This document shows positions 1-10,030 of a stretch of 64,000 bases of DNA, one piece after another (the stretch's first letter is position 1; every line of letters starts with the position of its first letter). A model generated the notes under the pieces. That model was not told the DNA's origin, made no database searches, and worked only from the letters and a program-made list of their open reading frames with translations. Source of the DNA: an uncultured Clostridia bacterium (GTDB lineage Bacteria; Bacillota; Clostridia; Christensenellales; UBA3700); the NCBI GenBank assembly GCA_947038565.1, contig CAMQWP010000005.1, positions 19,763 to 83,762 on the forward strand. The letters run 5' to 3'. A program made the translations under genes and the position numbers.

Positions 1-414
1 TTTTAGTAATCCTCGCAGTTGTTCTATGCTTTTCTTTGGTCTAGCTATTCTCGCTGCTACTGCTTTTCCGCAGTCTATTGAAGATCCACCGCCAAAAGAA
101 ATAATAGCCTCACACTTATTGATAATGTACAAATGCAACGCATCTTCGACATTGATTGATGTAGGGTTAGGTTTAGTTTTGTCGTATATTACGTAATTTG
201 TACTGCTTTTATCTATGGTATTAAGTAAATCATCTAGAAGTCCTAACTTTAGAAGTTGTGCGTCAGTGATTATAAGTACTGACTTGAAATTTCTTAATTT
301 ATGCTCTATATTGACATATAAATCATCATTGCTGATGACTTCTGGTGTACGCCATTTAACAAAATATGCACCTATTTTCAGTATTAATTGATAAGCTCTA
401 TAATATAATTTCAT
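1..414 (-). CDS. Iron-containing alcohol dehydrogenase (5' part; runs off the window edge)
   Basis: Not in the ORF track. Minus-strand ATG at 414 with GGAGG RBS; reads MKLYYRAYQLILKIGAYFVKWRTPEV...SFGGGSSIDCGKA, the Fe-ADH GGGSxxD motif. Confidence 0.85.
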   Translation of the reverse strand, partial: MKLYYRAYQLILKIGAYFVKWRTPEVISNDDLYVNIEHKLRNFKSVLIITDAQLLKLGLLDDLLNTIDKSSTNYVIYDKTKPNPTSINVEDALHLYIINKCEAIISFGGGSSIDCGKAVAARIARPKKSIEQLRGLLK

Positions 415-430
415 ATCTTTTTCCTCCAAT

Positions 431-479
431 TGTATTGACAATTGTAGTGTAAATCAAGTATACTATGGTTGTCAATACA
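431..479. promoter_or_regulatory. Palindromic overlapping divergent promoters / probable TetR operator
   Basis: TGTATTGACAA...TTGTCAATACA inverted repeat; + strand TTGACA(435)-N18-TATACT; - strand TTGACA(475)-N18-TACACT. Confidence 0.65.
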
Positions 480-556
480 TTCTTATGGTCTAAATTTATA
501 AAAAGTTATAAATTTGTACGATTAGAACAAAATTAATCATATGTAGGGGATTAAAA

Positions 557-1138
557 ATGGAAAAACACTTGTATAGAAATGCAATGAGATCAAAAAGATT
601 AATTAAAGAAGCATTCCTTAAACTGATATCAGAAAAGGATATAAGTAAGGTTAGGATCAAAGAGGTTGCCGAATTAGCTGATATTAGCAAAGGGACATTC
701 TATGCGCATTTTCAGGATATATATGCTGTTCTTGAGGAGATAGAAGATGATAACATACAGAGATTTATAGGCTTCTTCGATGATAGTCCTTGTATATCAT
801 TACTTGATGATTGTAGACCGTTTATTACAAAAGTATTTAAGCATATAGAAGACAATAGGGGATCTTATGAGTTGCTATTCAAATCTCAGGCAGCATATAC
901 TTTCCTTGCAAAGTTGCAAAATGTATTTGTAGAATACATGATGCAAGATAAGAAAATGATAGCTAGATTACGCGATATTGATGACGCAAGGATGTTTTTC
1001 TCTTTTGTCGCAGTAGGTACAGCGAATCTTATACATGAGCGTTACACTGGCAAAGAAAACATGCCACAAGAGAGACTTATAGAACTGCTTAATGTTTGCG
1101 TTCTTAATGGAATGAACGCTATAGTAAAACAACAGTAA
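557..1138 (+). CDS. TetR/AcrR family transcriptional regulator
   Basis: N-terminal HTH IKEVAELADISKGTFYAHF; divergent from the ADH gene. Confidence 0.93.
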   Translation: MEKHLYRNAMRSKRLIKEAFLKLISEKDISKVRIKEVAELADISKGTFYAHFQDIYAVLEEIEDDNIQRFIGFFDDSPCISLLDDCRPFITKVFKHIEDNRGSYELLFKSQAAYTFLAKLQNVFVEYMMQDKKMIARLRDIDDARMFFSFVAVGTANLIHERYTGKENMPQERLIELLNVCVLNGMNAIVKQQ

Positions 1139-1260
1139 TATAAAGACCAATATTAATTGCGAAGCAATGACAAATTATGTTATAATGTACATAATATAAT
1201 TGTTTATTTGTAATATTATTTTTCGTAGAGAGAAAGTGCCATGACATAAGGAGAATAAAT

Positions 1261-2358
1261 ATGCCTAATTTGTCTGTTATGATAAAACCTTCATCAAGTA
1301 TTTGCAATATGCGATGCAAATACTGTTTCTATGACTCTCTTGCAAGTACAAGGGAAAATTATAGCTATGGTATAATGAATGATGACACGTCGGAAAAACT
1401 CGTCAAAAGTATACTAGAGTATGCAAATGGTGGAAGTGTTAGTATAGCATTCCAAGGCGGAGAGCCACTTATGGCAGGTGTTCAATTTTTTAAATCATTT
1501 ATAGAATTTGTGAAATTGTACAACTTAAAGTCAAGTCCCATTAGTTACGCTATGCAAACTAATGGAACGTTAGTGAACGATGAGTGGATTGAATTGTTTA
1601 AGAAAAACAAGTTCCTTATTGGCTTAAGTTTGGACGGTGATAGTAATGCTAATAAATTTAGAATAGATAGTGCAAAAAAACCAGTTTTCTCAAGAGTAAT
1701 GCAAACAGCTGATAAATTTATACTTTCGGATGTAGACTTTAATGTGCTTGTGGTTGCTACAAAATACACTTCTAAACATATTAAAGAGATATATAGATTT
1801 TTAACCGATAAGGGATATAAGTATTTGCAATTCATTCCATGTCTAAGACCATTTGGCGATATGTCGGAAGGTGAACTATATATGAATGTAAATGATTATG
1901 GCAATTTTTTAGTTGAATTATTTAAGCTGTATGCAGATGACTACAAGAACAATCGTTATACAAGCATTCGCTGGTGTGATAATATAGTAGGCATGTATTA
2001 TGGTGTGCCAGCAGAGCAGTGCGGTATTATGGGGCATTGTAGTACTCAATTTGTTATAGAAGGGAATGGAGATGTATACCCCTGCGACTTCTATTGCAGC
2101 GATAATTGGAAGCTAGGCAATGTAACAATTGATGATTTTACAGTCATAGCAAATAGTGAGAAGGCGAGTAAATTTGTTATGGAAAGTCTTCATTTACCGC
2201 TCAAATGCAAGGACTGTAACCTTCTTGCTGTGTGTCGCGGTGGAGGGTGTAAAAGAAGTCGTGCGGATAGAGACTACTGCAAATCATATAAAAAGTTTTA
2301 TGAAAATTCATTACCTTTATTCAAATTATTTGAGAAAGAATTTATAAGAAAGGTATAA
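1261..2358 (+). CDS. Radical SAM/SPASM protein, anaerobic sulfatase maturase family
   Basis: IKPSSSICNMRCKYCFY (CxxxCxxC), FQGGEP, QTNG, and SPASM cysteines YPCDFY / CKDC...CRGGGC. Confidence 0.9.
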   Translation: MPNLSVMIKPSSSICNMRCKYCFYDSLASTRENYSYGIMNDDTSEKLVKSILEYANGGSVSIAFQGGEPLMAGVQFFKSFIEFVKLYNLKSSPISYAMQTNGTLVNDEWIELFKKNKFLIGLSLDGDSNANKFRIDSAKKPVFSRVMQTADKFILSDVDFNVLVVATKYTSKHIKEIYRFLTDKGYKYLQFIPCLRPFGDMSEGELYMNVNDYGNFLVELFKLYADDYKNNRYTSIRWCDNIVGMYYGVPAEQCGIMGHCSTQFVIEGNGDVYPCDFYCSDNWKLGNVTIDDFTVIANSEKASKFVMESLHLPLKCKDCNLLAVCRGGGCKRSRADRDYCKSYKKFYENSLPLFKLFEKEFIRKV

Positions 2359-2511
2359 AAATAGGAATAAATGTATGTTTCAATGGCCGGAACTGCATGA
2401 CGAATTTTGTCGAATGATGTCAAAAACAACTATTATTATCACATAAATTTCATGAAAATATATAAGTTATGAGCTAAAATAACAAGCAATTTTTTTAAGG
2501 AGAAAAATAAT

Positions 2512-3549
2512 ATGGAACAAGAGTATAAGCGTCGAGTAAGATATAAAGGCACGCACCCACATACATTTAATGAGAAGTATAAGGAACTAAACCCTGAGCA
2601 GTATCAGGCAGAAATAGAGAAAATAATAAAGAATGGTAAGACTCCAGCGGGTATGCATATATCTATTTGCGTAAAGGAAATAATAGAATTTTTGCAAATT
2701 AAACCAAATATGATAGGTCTTGATGCTACTTTAGGTTATGGTGGACATACACAAAAAATGCTTGAATGCCTAGAGGGTAAAGGGCATATTTATGCTACAG
2801 ATGTGGATCCGATCGAGTCTGAAAAAACTAAAGCAAGGCTTGAGTCATTAGGTTATAATTCTGATATTATTACTATCAAGAACATGAATTTCGCTAATAT
2901 TGATGAGGTCAATCCAGATGAAAAATTCGACTTTGTTTTGGCTGATCTTGGAGTGTCATCAATGCAAATAGACAATCCAAATAGAGGATTTACTTTCAAA
3001 AAAGATGGTCCATTAGACTTGAGACTTGATCCTACAAAAGGAATTACGGCGGCAGAAAGACTAGCACAATTAAACTATATGGAGTTAGTTGCCATGCTTA
3101 CAGATAACGCAGATGAGCCATATGCCGAGCAAATCGCTAAGGTTGTCATGCGAACTTTTAAGAAAGGTGGCGTTATAGATACTACTAGAAAACTTTATAG
3201 TGCTGTGGAAGAAGCTCTATCGTTCTTGCCTAAAAAGCTACTTAAAGAAAGTGTTAAGAAGTCATGCCAGAGAACTTTTCAAGCGTTGCGAATTGATATT
3301 AATTGCGAGCTTGAGGTGTTAATCCAATTCTTGGAAAAGTTGCCAAACGTGTTGAAAAGTGGCGGAAGAGTAGCGGTTCTGACATTCCATTCGGGAGAGG
3401 ATAGGCTTGTTAAAAGGTGGTTTAAACAATGCTGTAATGATGGCTTATATAGTGAAGTAGCAAGAGATGTAATACGTCCTAGCTATGAAGAAAACAACCA
3501 AAATCCACGTGCTCACTCTACTAAAATGCGATGGGCGATACGTGCATAA
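2512..3549 (+). CDS. rsmH: RsmH/MraW-family SAM methyltransferase (stand-alone paralogue)
   Basis: DATLGYGGH, DLGVSSMQID, GPLDLR, FQALRI, TFHSGEDR, NPRAHS motifs; not in a dcw cluster. Confidence 0.85.
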   Translation: MEQEYKRRVRYKGTHPHTFNEKYKELNPEQYQAEIEKIIKNGKTPAGMHISICVKEIIEFLQIKPNMIGLDATLGYGGHTQKMLECLEGKGHIYATDVDPIESEKTKARLESLGYNSDIITIKNMNFANIDEVNPDEKFDFVLADLGVSSMQIDNPNRGFTFKKDGPLDLRLDPTKGITAAERLAQLNYMELVAMLTDNADEPYAEQIAKVVMRTFKKGGVIDTTRKLYSAVEEALSFLPKKLLKESVKKSCQRTFQALRIDINCELEVLIQFLEKLPNVLKSGGRVAVLTFHSGEDRLVKRWFKQCCNDGLYSEVARDVIRPSYEENNQNPRAHSTKMRWAIRA

Positions 3550-3574
3550 TTAATATAAATTTAAGGAGATATGT

Positions 3575-4108
3575 ATGATATATGATATAAAAGTTTTGGA
3601 TATAAAAGGTGAAGAATTAAGTATGTCCATATATAAAGGAAAAGTTTTGCTAGTCGTGAATACTGCTACGCAATGTGGTCTTACGCCACAGTATCAAGGT
3701 TTGCAAAATCTGTACGAGGAGTATGCGAATCAAGGGTTTGAGATACTTGAATTCCCATGCAATCAATTTTTTGAACAAGCCCCAGAGAGTGATAGTGAAA
3801 TCAATGCTTTTTGCGAGCTTAGATATTCGACTACTTTTAAGCGCTTTGCTAAAATAGATGTCAATGGCGATAATGCACATGAATTATATATGTTGCTTAG
3901 GAGTAAAGCTCCTAGTGCAGACGATAGTATCACTGCCGAAGTCATGTATAAGATATTAAAGGCGAAGGGTTTCGATAGTAGTGATGATGAAATCAAATGG
4001 AATTTTACTAAATTTTTAATAGATAGAAATGGTAATGTTATTAAAAGATTTTCACCTACCGATAAGCCTAAGAAGATAGAAAAAGATATCAAATTACTAT
4101 TAAAATAA
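3575..4108 (+). CDS. Glutathione peroxidase (Cys type)
   Basis: VNTATQCGLT, FPCNQF, WNFTKFL motifs. Confidence 0.95.
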   Translation: MIYDIKVLDIKGEELSMSIYKGKVLLVVNTATQCGLTPQYQGLQNLYEEYANQGFEILEFPCNQFFEQAPESDSEINAFCELRYSTTFKRFAKIDVNGDNAHELYMLLRSKAPSADDSITAEVMYKILKAKGFDSSDDEIKWNFTKFLIDRNGNVIKRFSPTDKPKKIEKDIKLLLK

Positions 4109-4313
4109 ACAATTAACAAAATTATACTTTGCTTTAAGTAAAGTATACTTGTTCTATTTTATGGCATAATGTAGATGTTATTTAAATTATGTATAAATGA
4201 TATTATGTCTAAAGTTGTGTATTAAAGTTGTTTTAATATATTTAAATAGTATAATATTGAAATCGACCTAAACAAAATCTTAAATATAATTAGATAGATA
4301 AAGGAGTAAGTTT

Positions 4314-5474
4314 ATGACTAAAGCATTAGAAAAACATGAGAATTGGGGTGGCAAGATAGAAGTAATATCAAGGGTGTCGATGGATACTCAAGAACAATTA
4401 TCTATAGCCTACACGCCAGGAGTAGCAGAGCCATGCTTAGAGATATCAAGGGATAAAGAGCTGAGTTATAAGTATACTAGGCGACATAACTTAGTAGCTG
4501 TAATCACTGATGGAAGTGCAGTATTAGGACTTGGTAATATAGGTGGGCTTGCGGGCATGCCAGTTATGGAAGGTAAGTGTATATTGTTTAAAAAATTCGG
4601 CGATGTTGATGCCTTTCCTATATGTATAAACACGCAGGATACGGATGAGATAGTATCTACTATAGCAAATATAGCTGATTCTTTCGGCGGTATAAATCTA
4701 GAAGATATATCCTCACCTCGATGTTTTGAAATCGAAAAGAGGCTACAAGAGATATGCGATATACCAGTATTTCATGATGACCAGCATGGAACAGCGATAG
4801 TTACCGCAGCTGCACTTATAAATGCACTAAAAGTAACAAACAGGACAATGCACGAATGCAAAATAGTCATTATTGGTACGGGTGCGGCAGGAACTGCAAT
4901 AGCAAAATTATTATTAGTTATGGGGTATAGTGATATCATAATGTGCGATAGAAAAGGAATAATTTACGAAGGCAGGGACGGCATGGATAAGAATAAGATC
5001 GAGCTATCATTGCTAACAAATAAAGAAGATATAAGTGGCGGGATATCGGACGCTCTTAAGGGGCGTGATGTGCTAATAGGTGTCAGTGGTGCGAATACTG
5101 TCAGTGCGGATATGATAAGGCATATGAATGTTGATCCGATAGTCTTTGCTCTTAGTAATCCTATCCCCGAGATTATGCCTGATGAGGCAAAGAACGGTGG
5201 TGCTAAAGTGATCGGCACGGGTAGATCCGATTTCCCTAATCAGATAAATAATGTACTTGCATTCCCGGGTATATTTAGAGGTGCATTAGACGCAAAAGCT
5301 ACGCGTATTACTGATAAAATGAAACAATCAGCCGTGTATGCGATAGCAAATCTAGTGGATGATAGTCAATTAAATGCTGAATATGTGATACCTAATGTAT
5401 TCGATAAAAGAGTATCCGTAGAGGTGTCAAAGTCGGTATATGAGCAGGCTAAAGCGGAGAATATATGCAGATAA
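4314..5474 (+). CDS. NAD(P)-dependent malic enzyme
   Basis: AYTPGVA, VMEGK, INLEDI, FHDDQHGTA, NQINNVLAFPG motifs. Confidence 0.95.
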   Translation: MTKALEKHENWGGKIEVISRVSMDTQEQLSIAYTPGVAEPCLEISRDKELSYKYTRRHNLVAVITDGSAVLGLGNIGGLAGMPVMEGKCILFKKFGDVDAFPICINTQDTDEIVSTIANIADSFGGINLEDISSPRCFEIEKRLQEICDIPVFHDDQHGTAIVTAAALINALKVTNRTMHECKIVIIGTGAAGTAIAKLLLVMGYSDIIMCDRKGIIYEGRDGMDKNKIELSLLTNKEDISGGISDALKGRDVLIGVSGANTVSADMIRHMNVDPIVFALSNPIPEIMPDEAKNGGAKVIGTGRSDFPNQINNVLAFPGIFRGALDAKATRITDKMKQSAVYAIANLVDDSQLNAEYVIPNVFDKRVSVEVSKSVYEQAKAENICR

Positions 5475-5636
5475 TGATAGATTGACAGCCTATTATGTGA
5501 GATGAACACTCCCCCTTATACTGAGTATATAATATATATAATAATGTCTTAATTTAAGATAATAGTAGGGTAGCGGACATTTTTAACTGATAACGTGATA
5601 TCAGCTGTTCGTTAAGTATATATATTTTACAAATTA

Positions 5637-5665
5637 TTGACTAAGCAAAAGTTATGTGTTAGTAT
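5637..5665 (+). promoter_or_regulatory. Sigma-A-type promoter of the Hsp70-SNF2 operon
   Basis: TTGACT-N17-TAGTAT with extended -10 TG, ending 33 nt before the ATG at 5699. Confidence 0.55.
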
Positions 5666-5698
5666 TATTATATTATACAATAAGGGGAACAAAATAAC

Positions 5699-7216
5699 AT
5701 GAAAAAAATACTTTACAGTTTGGATCTAGGTAATGATTCTTTAAAAATGTGTTATTCTTATGAGCATAAAGGAAAAGCTGTTGTAGGTAATCTACAGCTT
5801 TTAGATGATAGAGACACTGTGCCTGCGGTTGCTTTATACGATTTAGATAATGACAGCTGGAATTATGGTGCTGAAGCGTTAGCTCTCGCGGAAAATTCTC
5901 AGCGTCCTATAGTTAGAATTAAAGAACTTATGGAAGGGGCTGGTTCAGCAGATTTTTATAATGGATATGATTTTGAAAATACTGATTTTGCATACAAGTT
6001 TAGATCGGTTTCTTTAACAGTAAAGCAAGTACTTAATGGCTTTTTCGATTATGTATTAGTTGACTTGTTAGCTAAGGCGATTGCTAAACTGGATATTGAT
6101 GATTCGGAGCAAGCTAATCAAATCATATTTACTTTCCCAAGCAAGGTAAGCGATGATTGCAAGATAGTGATGAAGAGTATTATACAGTCGCTAGGCTTTA
6201 ACCCTCGTGCTATCGCTGAGCCTACTGCGGCGGCTGCGTACTGTATGAATGACGGCGTGAAGCTGGGCAAACATGTTTTGGTAGTTGATATTGGTGTGAA
6301 GGAGTCTTCTATCGCAATATTTAATCCTAATTCTAGTACTGTTGATAGTCTTAATATGCTAAAGATCGATAGTATCAATCAGGGAAGTAAGGATTTCGAT
6401 AATGCTTTGTTTGAGCATGTTGTTTCTCAATCAGGTAAGGTAGAGGAAATAACTAATTATCAGAAATTCAAATTGTTAGAGCAGATAAGAGCTGCTAAAG
6501 AAAGTTTGAGTTCTGGTGAGCAAGAAGTAATGCTTGAGTATCAGTCTGACTCGGTAGTGTATGTAAACGTGTCTAAAGAACAGTTTAATGATATTTGTAA
6601 TCCTATCATGGTAGATATTGCAAATTCAGTTTTAAATCTGATAAATGAGAATCCTGATATTAATCAAGTTATTTTGTCTGGTGGATCGAGCAAAAACCCA
6701 CATTTGATAGATGTAGTAAGTGAGCTTGTAAACAAAAAATTCCCAAGTGTTAACTTATATAATATCTCTAAAGGAATTTTTGGTGTTGCGCATGGTGCTG
6801 GTATTATCGCAACAGGAGTTTCTAGTTTTCAAAGCATTGCGACTAAGGGTTATGGTTTCGCTTGTACTAAGGGTTCTAATAAAAAAGCTCCTTTCGGTCT
6901 GCAAATAGTAATCAATAAAAATGATAAACTTCCTATATCCGTTACGAAGAAAGTTGCACTCAAAGAAAAAAATCAGAAGAGCGTGGAAATCAATGTGATG
7001 TCTACTGATATGGAGACTAAAGCAAATGCTTTTATTACTCCTATAGGCGAAACTGAAAATTCTCTTCAATGCGGTGTAATGGAGTTTGATACTAAAGTGC
7101 GTAAAGGTGCTTTAATAAAGGTTCGAGTGTTTATTGATGAGGACGGCATCGGCGGAGTTGAAGTCGTAGGACCAAAGAAAAAAGGCACTTATAAGACAAG
7201 TTTTGAAATAGACTAA
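5699..7216 (+). CDS. Divergent Hsp70-family protein (NBD plus beta substrate-binding domain, no helical lid)
   Basis: LDLG, AEPTAAA, VVDIG, DFDNAL, AKESLS, LSGGSS, VAHGA motifs; SBD-like INKNDKLP...NQKSVEINV...IDEDG; only 505 aa. Confidence 0.88.
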   Translation: MKKILYSLDLGNDSLKMCYSYEHKGKAVVGNLQLLDDRDTVPAVALYDLDNDSWNYGAEALALAENSQRPIVRIKELMEGAGSADFYNGYDFENTDFAYKFRSVSLTVKQVLNGFFDYVLVDLLAKAIAKLDIDDSEQANQIIFTFPSKVSDDCKIVMKSIIQSLGFNPRAIAEPTAAAAYCMNDGVKLGKHVLVVDIGVKESSIAIFNPNSSTVDSLNMLKIDSINQGSKDFDNALFEHVVSQSGKVEEITNYQKFKLLEQIRAAKESLSSGEQEVMLEYQSDSVVYVNVSKEQFNDICNPIMVDIANSVLNLINENPDINQVILSGGSSKNPHLIDVVSELVNKKFPSVNLYNISKGIFGVAHGAGIIATGVSSFQSIATKGYGFACTKGSNKKAPFGLQIVINKNDKLPISVTKKVALKEKNQKSVEINVMSTDMETKANAFITPIGETENSLQCGVMEFDTKVRKGALIKVRVFIDEDGIGGVEVVGPKKKGTYKTSFEID

Positions 7217-10026
7217 TGTCAGAGGGAAAATTTATGAAAGATAATAAAATAGCAAAATGTGTACTTAATGGAGAAGAGAAGCTAGGATCATTGTCTAATA
7301 CTAATCCAATTAACTATGTCGAGAAAAAAGAATATCTGGATGAAGCAGAAAAGATAGATAAAATGGATATGTTTGATCATTTAGCAATAGATGATTATGA
7401 TTATGGTCAAAGAGAGTATCTTGTCGATAATAAAATAAAGACTGTCGGTATTAAGATCGATAATGCAATACATTATACTGGTTGTCCTATTTTACCACAT
7501 CAAAAAAACGCAGTTAAAAAATTCTTAGGAGATTTTAGAGGCGTGGGCATACTTGCAGATGAAGTTGGTATGGGTAAGACTGTAGAGGCTGGAATGGTTG
7601 TATGTGAGCTTGCTGAGAGAAATCTAGCATCATCAATCTTGATTGTCTCTGCATCTGATGATAACTGCAATGACTGGGAATACACTATGTCAGTATTCTT
7701 TGGCATGGTAGGACTTGTTCGTGTTCACAACTCGAGAGAGATCCGTGATAACTGCGAAAAGCAAATCCCGTCAGTACCACTTATAATAACTTTTGCTGAT
7801 TTTTGCAAAATACATAAAGACGAGTTTCAAAACGTACTATTCGATGTAATAGTATTTGATGAGGCTCATAACATGGATAATAGCGATATAGGTAAGATAG
7901 GTATGTCAAATCTTAGGACGCTAATGGCTACTAAGAAAGTTAGGAATAAACCTTATTGTATTCTAGTTTCAGGTACGCCACATAAAGGTAATCTAGACTC
8001 AATGTTCCCGCTATGGTACTTTATAAAGGGTGGTAATGATGAGGAAATCGCACGAGAGCATTATAAAAAATTCTTGTGTCATGAGGCATCTACTATAGCA
8101 GAGTTTGTGGAGTCATATAAGATAAGTGAGCTAAACAAGGACATGGAGTTCTTGAAGTTCATGAACTCTAAGCGTGACTTATTAAAGGATGAGGATCCAG
8201 TGAACTGGGCTCAGAACTTTAAACTTTTTGAGTATCACTACAGGGATGAGTTTATAAAAGACAAGGGTAATAAAGTCAAAATTGCTGAGATCAATAAAAT
8301 AACTCGTGAGGCTTATAAAAATCTTATTGATTGCTTTATGATAAGGCAGTCAAGAAAATGTAATCAAGGTAGGTTTGTTAGTAAAAGAGCGTCTAACTAT
8401 TTCTTCGCACCAGTCAATAAGACTGGAGGTAGTAAAGTTATCGAATTTAATAATTATGAAAACCCACAGTTTACCGATCTTTCTTGCAACTTCTCGTTTG
8501 ACCTAAATGATATTTATGGTCCAAAGGCTATTCTATATAGAGATCAGTACAAGACTATAGAAGAATTTGTTAGAGGCATGGTAAGAAGTAATGTATTAAA
8601 AGATGATGCGGAGCTTAATAGACTTAAAAATCAGCTTATATTCGAGTCACTAGAGCAATTAGATGGTTTTTATGATAAATTCGATGATCACGGTAAGCGT
8701 AGAATAATCGACGGTAAATATTACTTAGACTCTGTAGGTAATTACTACAAACACGATATAAAGAATTATTTCGGTATTGTAGATGAGACTGAAACTGATT
8801 TATTTACTCTAAAAGCTGAGAAATTAGCACAGATTATCATGGATCCTTCTAGATTAAATGAAAAGATGATTATTTTCTTCGATTATTATAATATCGATAA
8901 GAGTGATGAGAATGCTCGTCTTTATGAGTATTACAAAGAAAAATATCCAAAAATATACGAGAGGATTATATTCTCTGATGACGATGGATATGCGGCGGAT
9001 GTGTTCTCTGCAAAGAAGAGCAATCCGAATGAAAGGGAGACATTGCAAGCTAAAAGTGGCTTATTATTCTCTTCAGAGCCTCTAAGCGAGAGCTCAAACT
9101 TCCAGTTCTGCCATTTGGCAGTAAACTTCTCTATATGTTATAGCCCTATTAAGATGGATCAAAGAATTGGTCGTATTGATAGAATTGGTCAAGAAAATAA
9201 CATGGAAGTAATATCTTTTGCGACAATGGAGACATTAGAGGGCTATCTATTAGCATTCTTTAACCAAATCCAGATATTTAGTGGTTGGAAAGATGATATT
9301 ATCCTAGTTACAGGCTGTGATAATAAGAATACTTCTACAATGAGATGTTTAGAGTGTGGTAAGATAGTAAGAAGTTTTGATGGAAGTACTAGTTGTCCAA
9401 ACTGTGCTACGATCGACTCTCTAAGACCACTAGTTAATGCTTATAGTTATAAGTGTCCTAGCTGTTCATATAAGTTTATGCGTATGGCTACAGGATCTAA
9501 GACTGAGGGACATTCTTACGTTTGTTCTAGAAACAAGAAACTTACTGAGCACAACAATGATCGAAGGCTTGGTATTGATAATACTTTCTACATATGTAAT
9601 AAAAAGTGTTCTATCCTACATTGCAGACGTGCTGAAAAAGTAGAATGTGCTGTATATGCAGAACTGAAGAACGACTACAACACTGACATAAATGTACTTA
9701 GAAAACTATGTAATAATTGTACGAATAAAATATGTGATACTTGTCACATTATGATAGATACTCTTGGTACTGATATCGTTACTAAAGAACATATGGGACA
9801 AAGCTGTATAGAATGTCCTTCAAAGAACGCTCTATGTACTACTAAGGTTAATATCAATAGCCCTATATGCGAGATGTGTCATAGTGAGCTAGAGCCTATA
9901 GTACCTGCTACGTTTGATGAGTTTGCTGAATTCATTTGGAATGAGCCTACTTTCGTAAGCGATTTCTCGTTTGAGGTAAGAAAAATCAGTGAAGTAGTAA
10001 ACGTATTAAGAGAGGAGGATAAGTAA
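7216..10026 (+). CDS. SNF2/RapA/YqhH-like helicase-ATPase with Cys-rich C-terminal domain
   Basis: LPHQ, LADEVGMGKT, DEAH, SGTP, QRIGRIDRIGQ; seven CxxC pairs after motif VI; start overlaps the upstream stop (TAATG). Confidence 0.9.
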   Translation: MSEGKFMKDNKIAKCVLNGEEKLGSLSNTNPINYVEKKEYLDEAEKIDKMDMFDHLAIDDYDYGQREYLVDNKIKTVGIKIDNAIHYTGCPILPHQKNAVKKFLGDFRGVGILADEVGMGKTVEAGMVVCELAERNLASSILIVSASDDNCNDWEYTMSVFFGMVGLVRVHNSREIRDNCEKQIPSVPLIITFADFCKIHKDEFQNVLFDVIVFDEAHNMDNSDIGKIGMSNLRTLMATKKVRNKPYCILVSGTPHKGNLDSMFPLWYFIKGGNDEEIAREHYKKFLCHEASTIAEFVESYKISELNKDMEFLKFMNSKRDLLKDEDPVNWAQNFKLFEYHYRDEFIKDKGNKVKIAEINKITREAYKNLIDCFMIRQSRKCNQGRFVSKRASNYFFAPVNKTGGSKVIEFNNYENPQFTDLSCNFSFDLNDIYGPKAILYRDQYKTIEEFVRGMVRSNVLKDDAELNRLKNQLIFESLEQLDGFYDKFDDHGKRRIIDGKYYLDSVGNYYKHDIKNYFGIVDETETDLFTLKAEKLAQIIMDPSRLNEKMIIFFDYYNIDKSDENARLYEYYKEKYPKIYERIIFSDDDGYAADVFSAKKSNPNERETLQAKSGLLFSSEPLSESSNFQFCHLAVNFSICYSPIKMDQRIGRIDRIGQENNMEVISFATMETLEGYLLAFFNQIQIFSGWKDDIILVTGCDNKNTSTMRCLECGKIVRSFDGSTSCPNCATIDSLRPLVNAYSYKCPSCSYKFMRMATGSKTEGHSYVCSRNKKLTEHNNDRRLGIDNTFYICNKKCSILHCRRAEKVECAVYAELKNDYNTDINVLRKLCNNCTNKICDTCHIMIDTLGTDIVTKEHMGQSCIECPSKNALCTTKVNINSPICEMCHSELEPIVPATFDEFAEFIWNEPTFVSDFSFEVRKISEVVNVLREEDK

Positions 10027-10030
10027 GATT

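Noticed and set aside
3575-4108. Selenocysteine glutathione peroxidase
   Set aside because: The active-site codon is TGT (Cys); there is no in-frame TGA.
5480-5620. Hairpin (GCGGACA..CTGATA/TATCAG..TGTTCGT) as a riboswitch
   Set aside because: It lies upstream of the predicted operon promoter and matches no riboswitch consensus I recognise; more likely a 3' structure of the malic enzyme transcript.
5699-7216. Housekeeping dnaK
   Set aside because: Too short and divergent, no lid, and no hrcA-grpE-dnaJ context.
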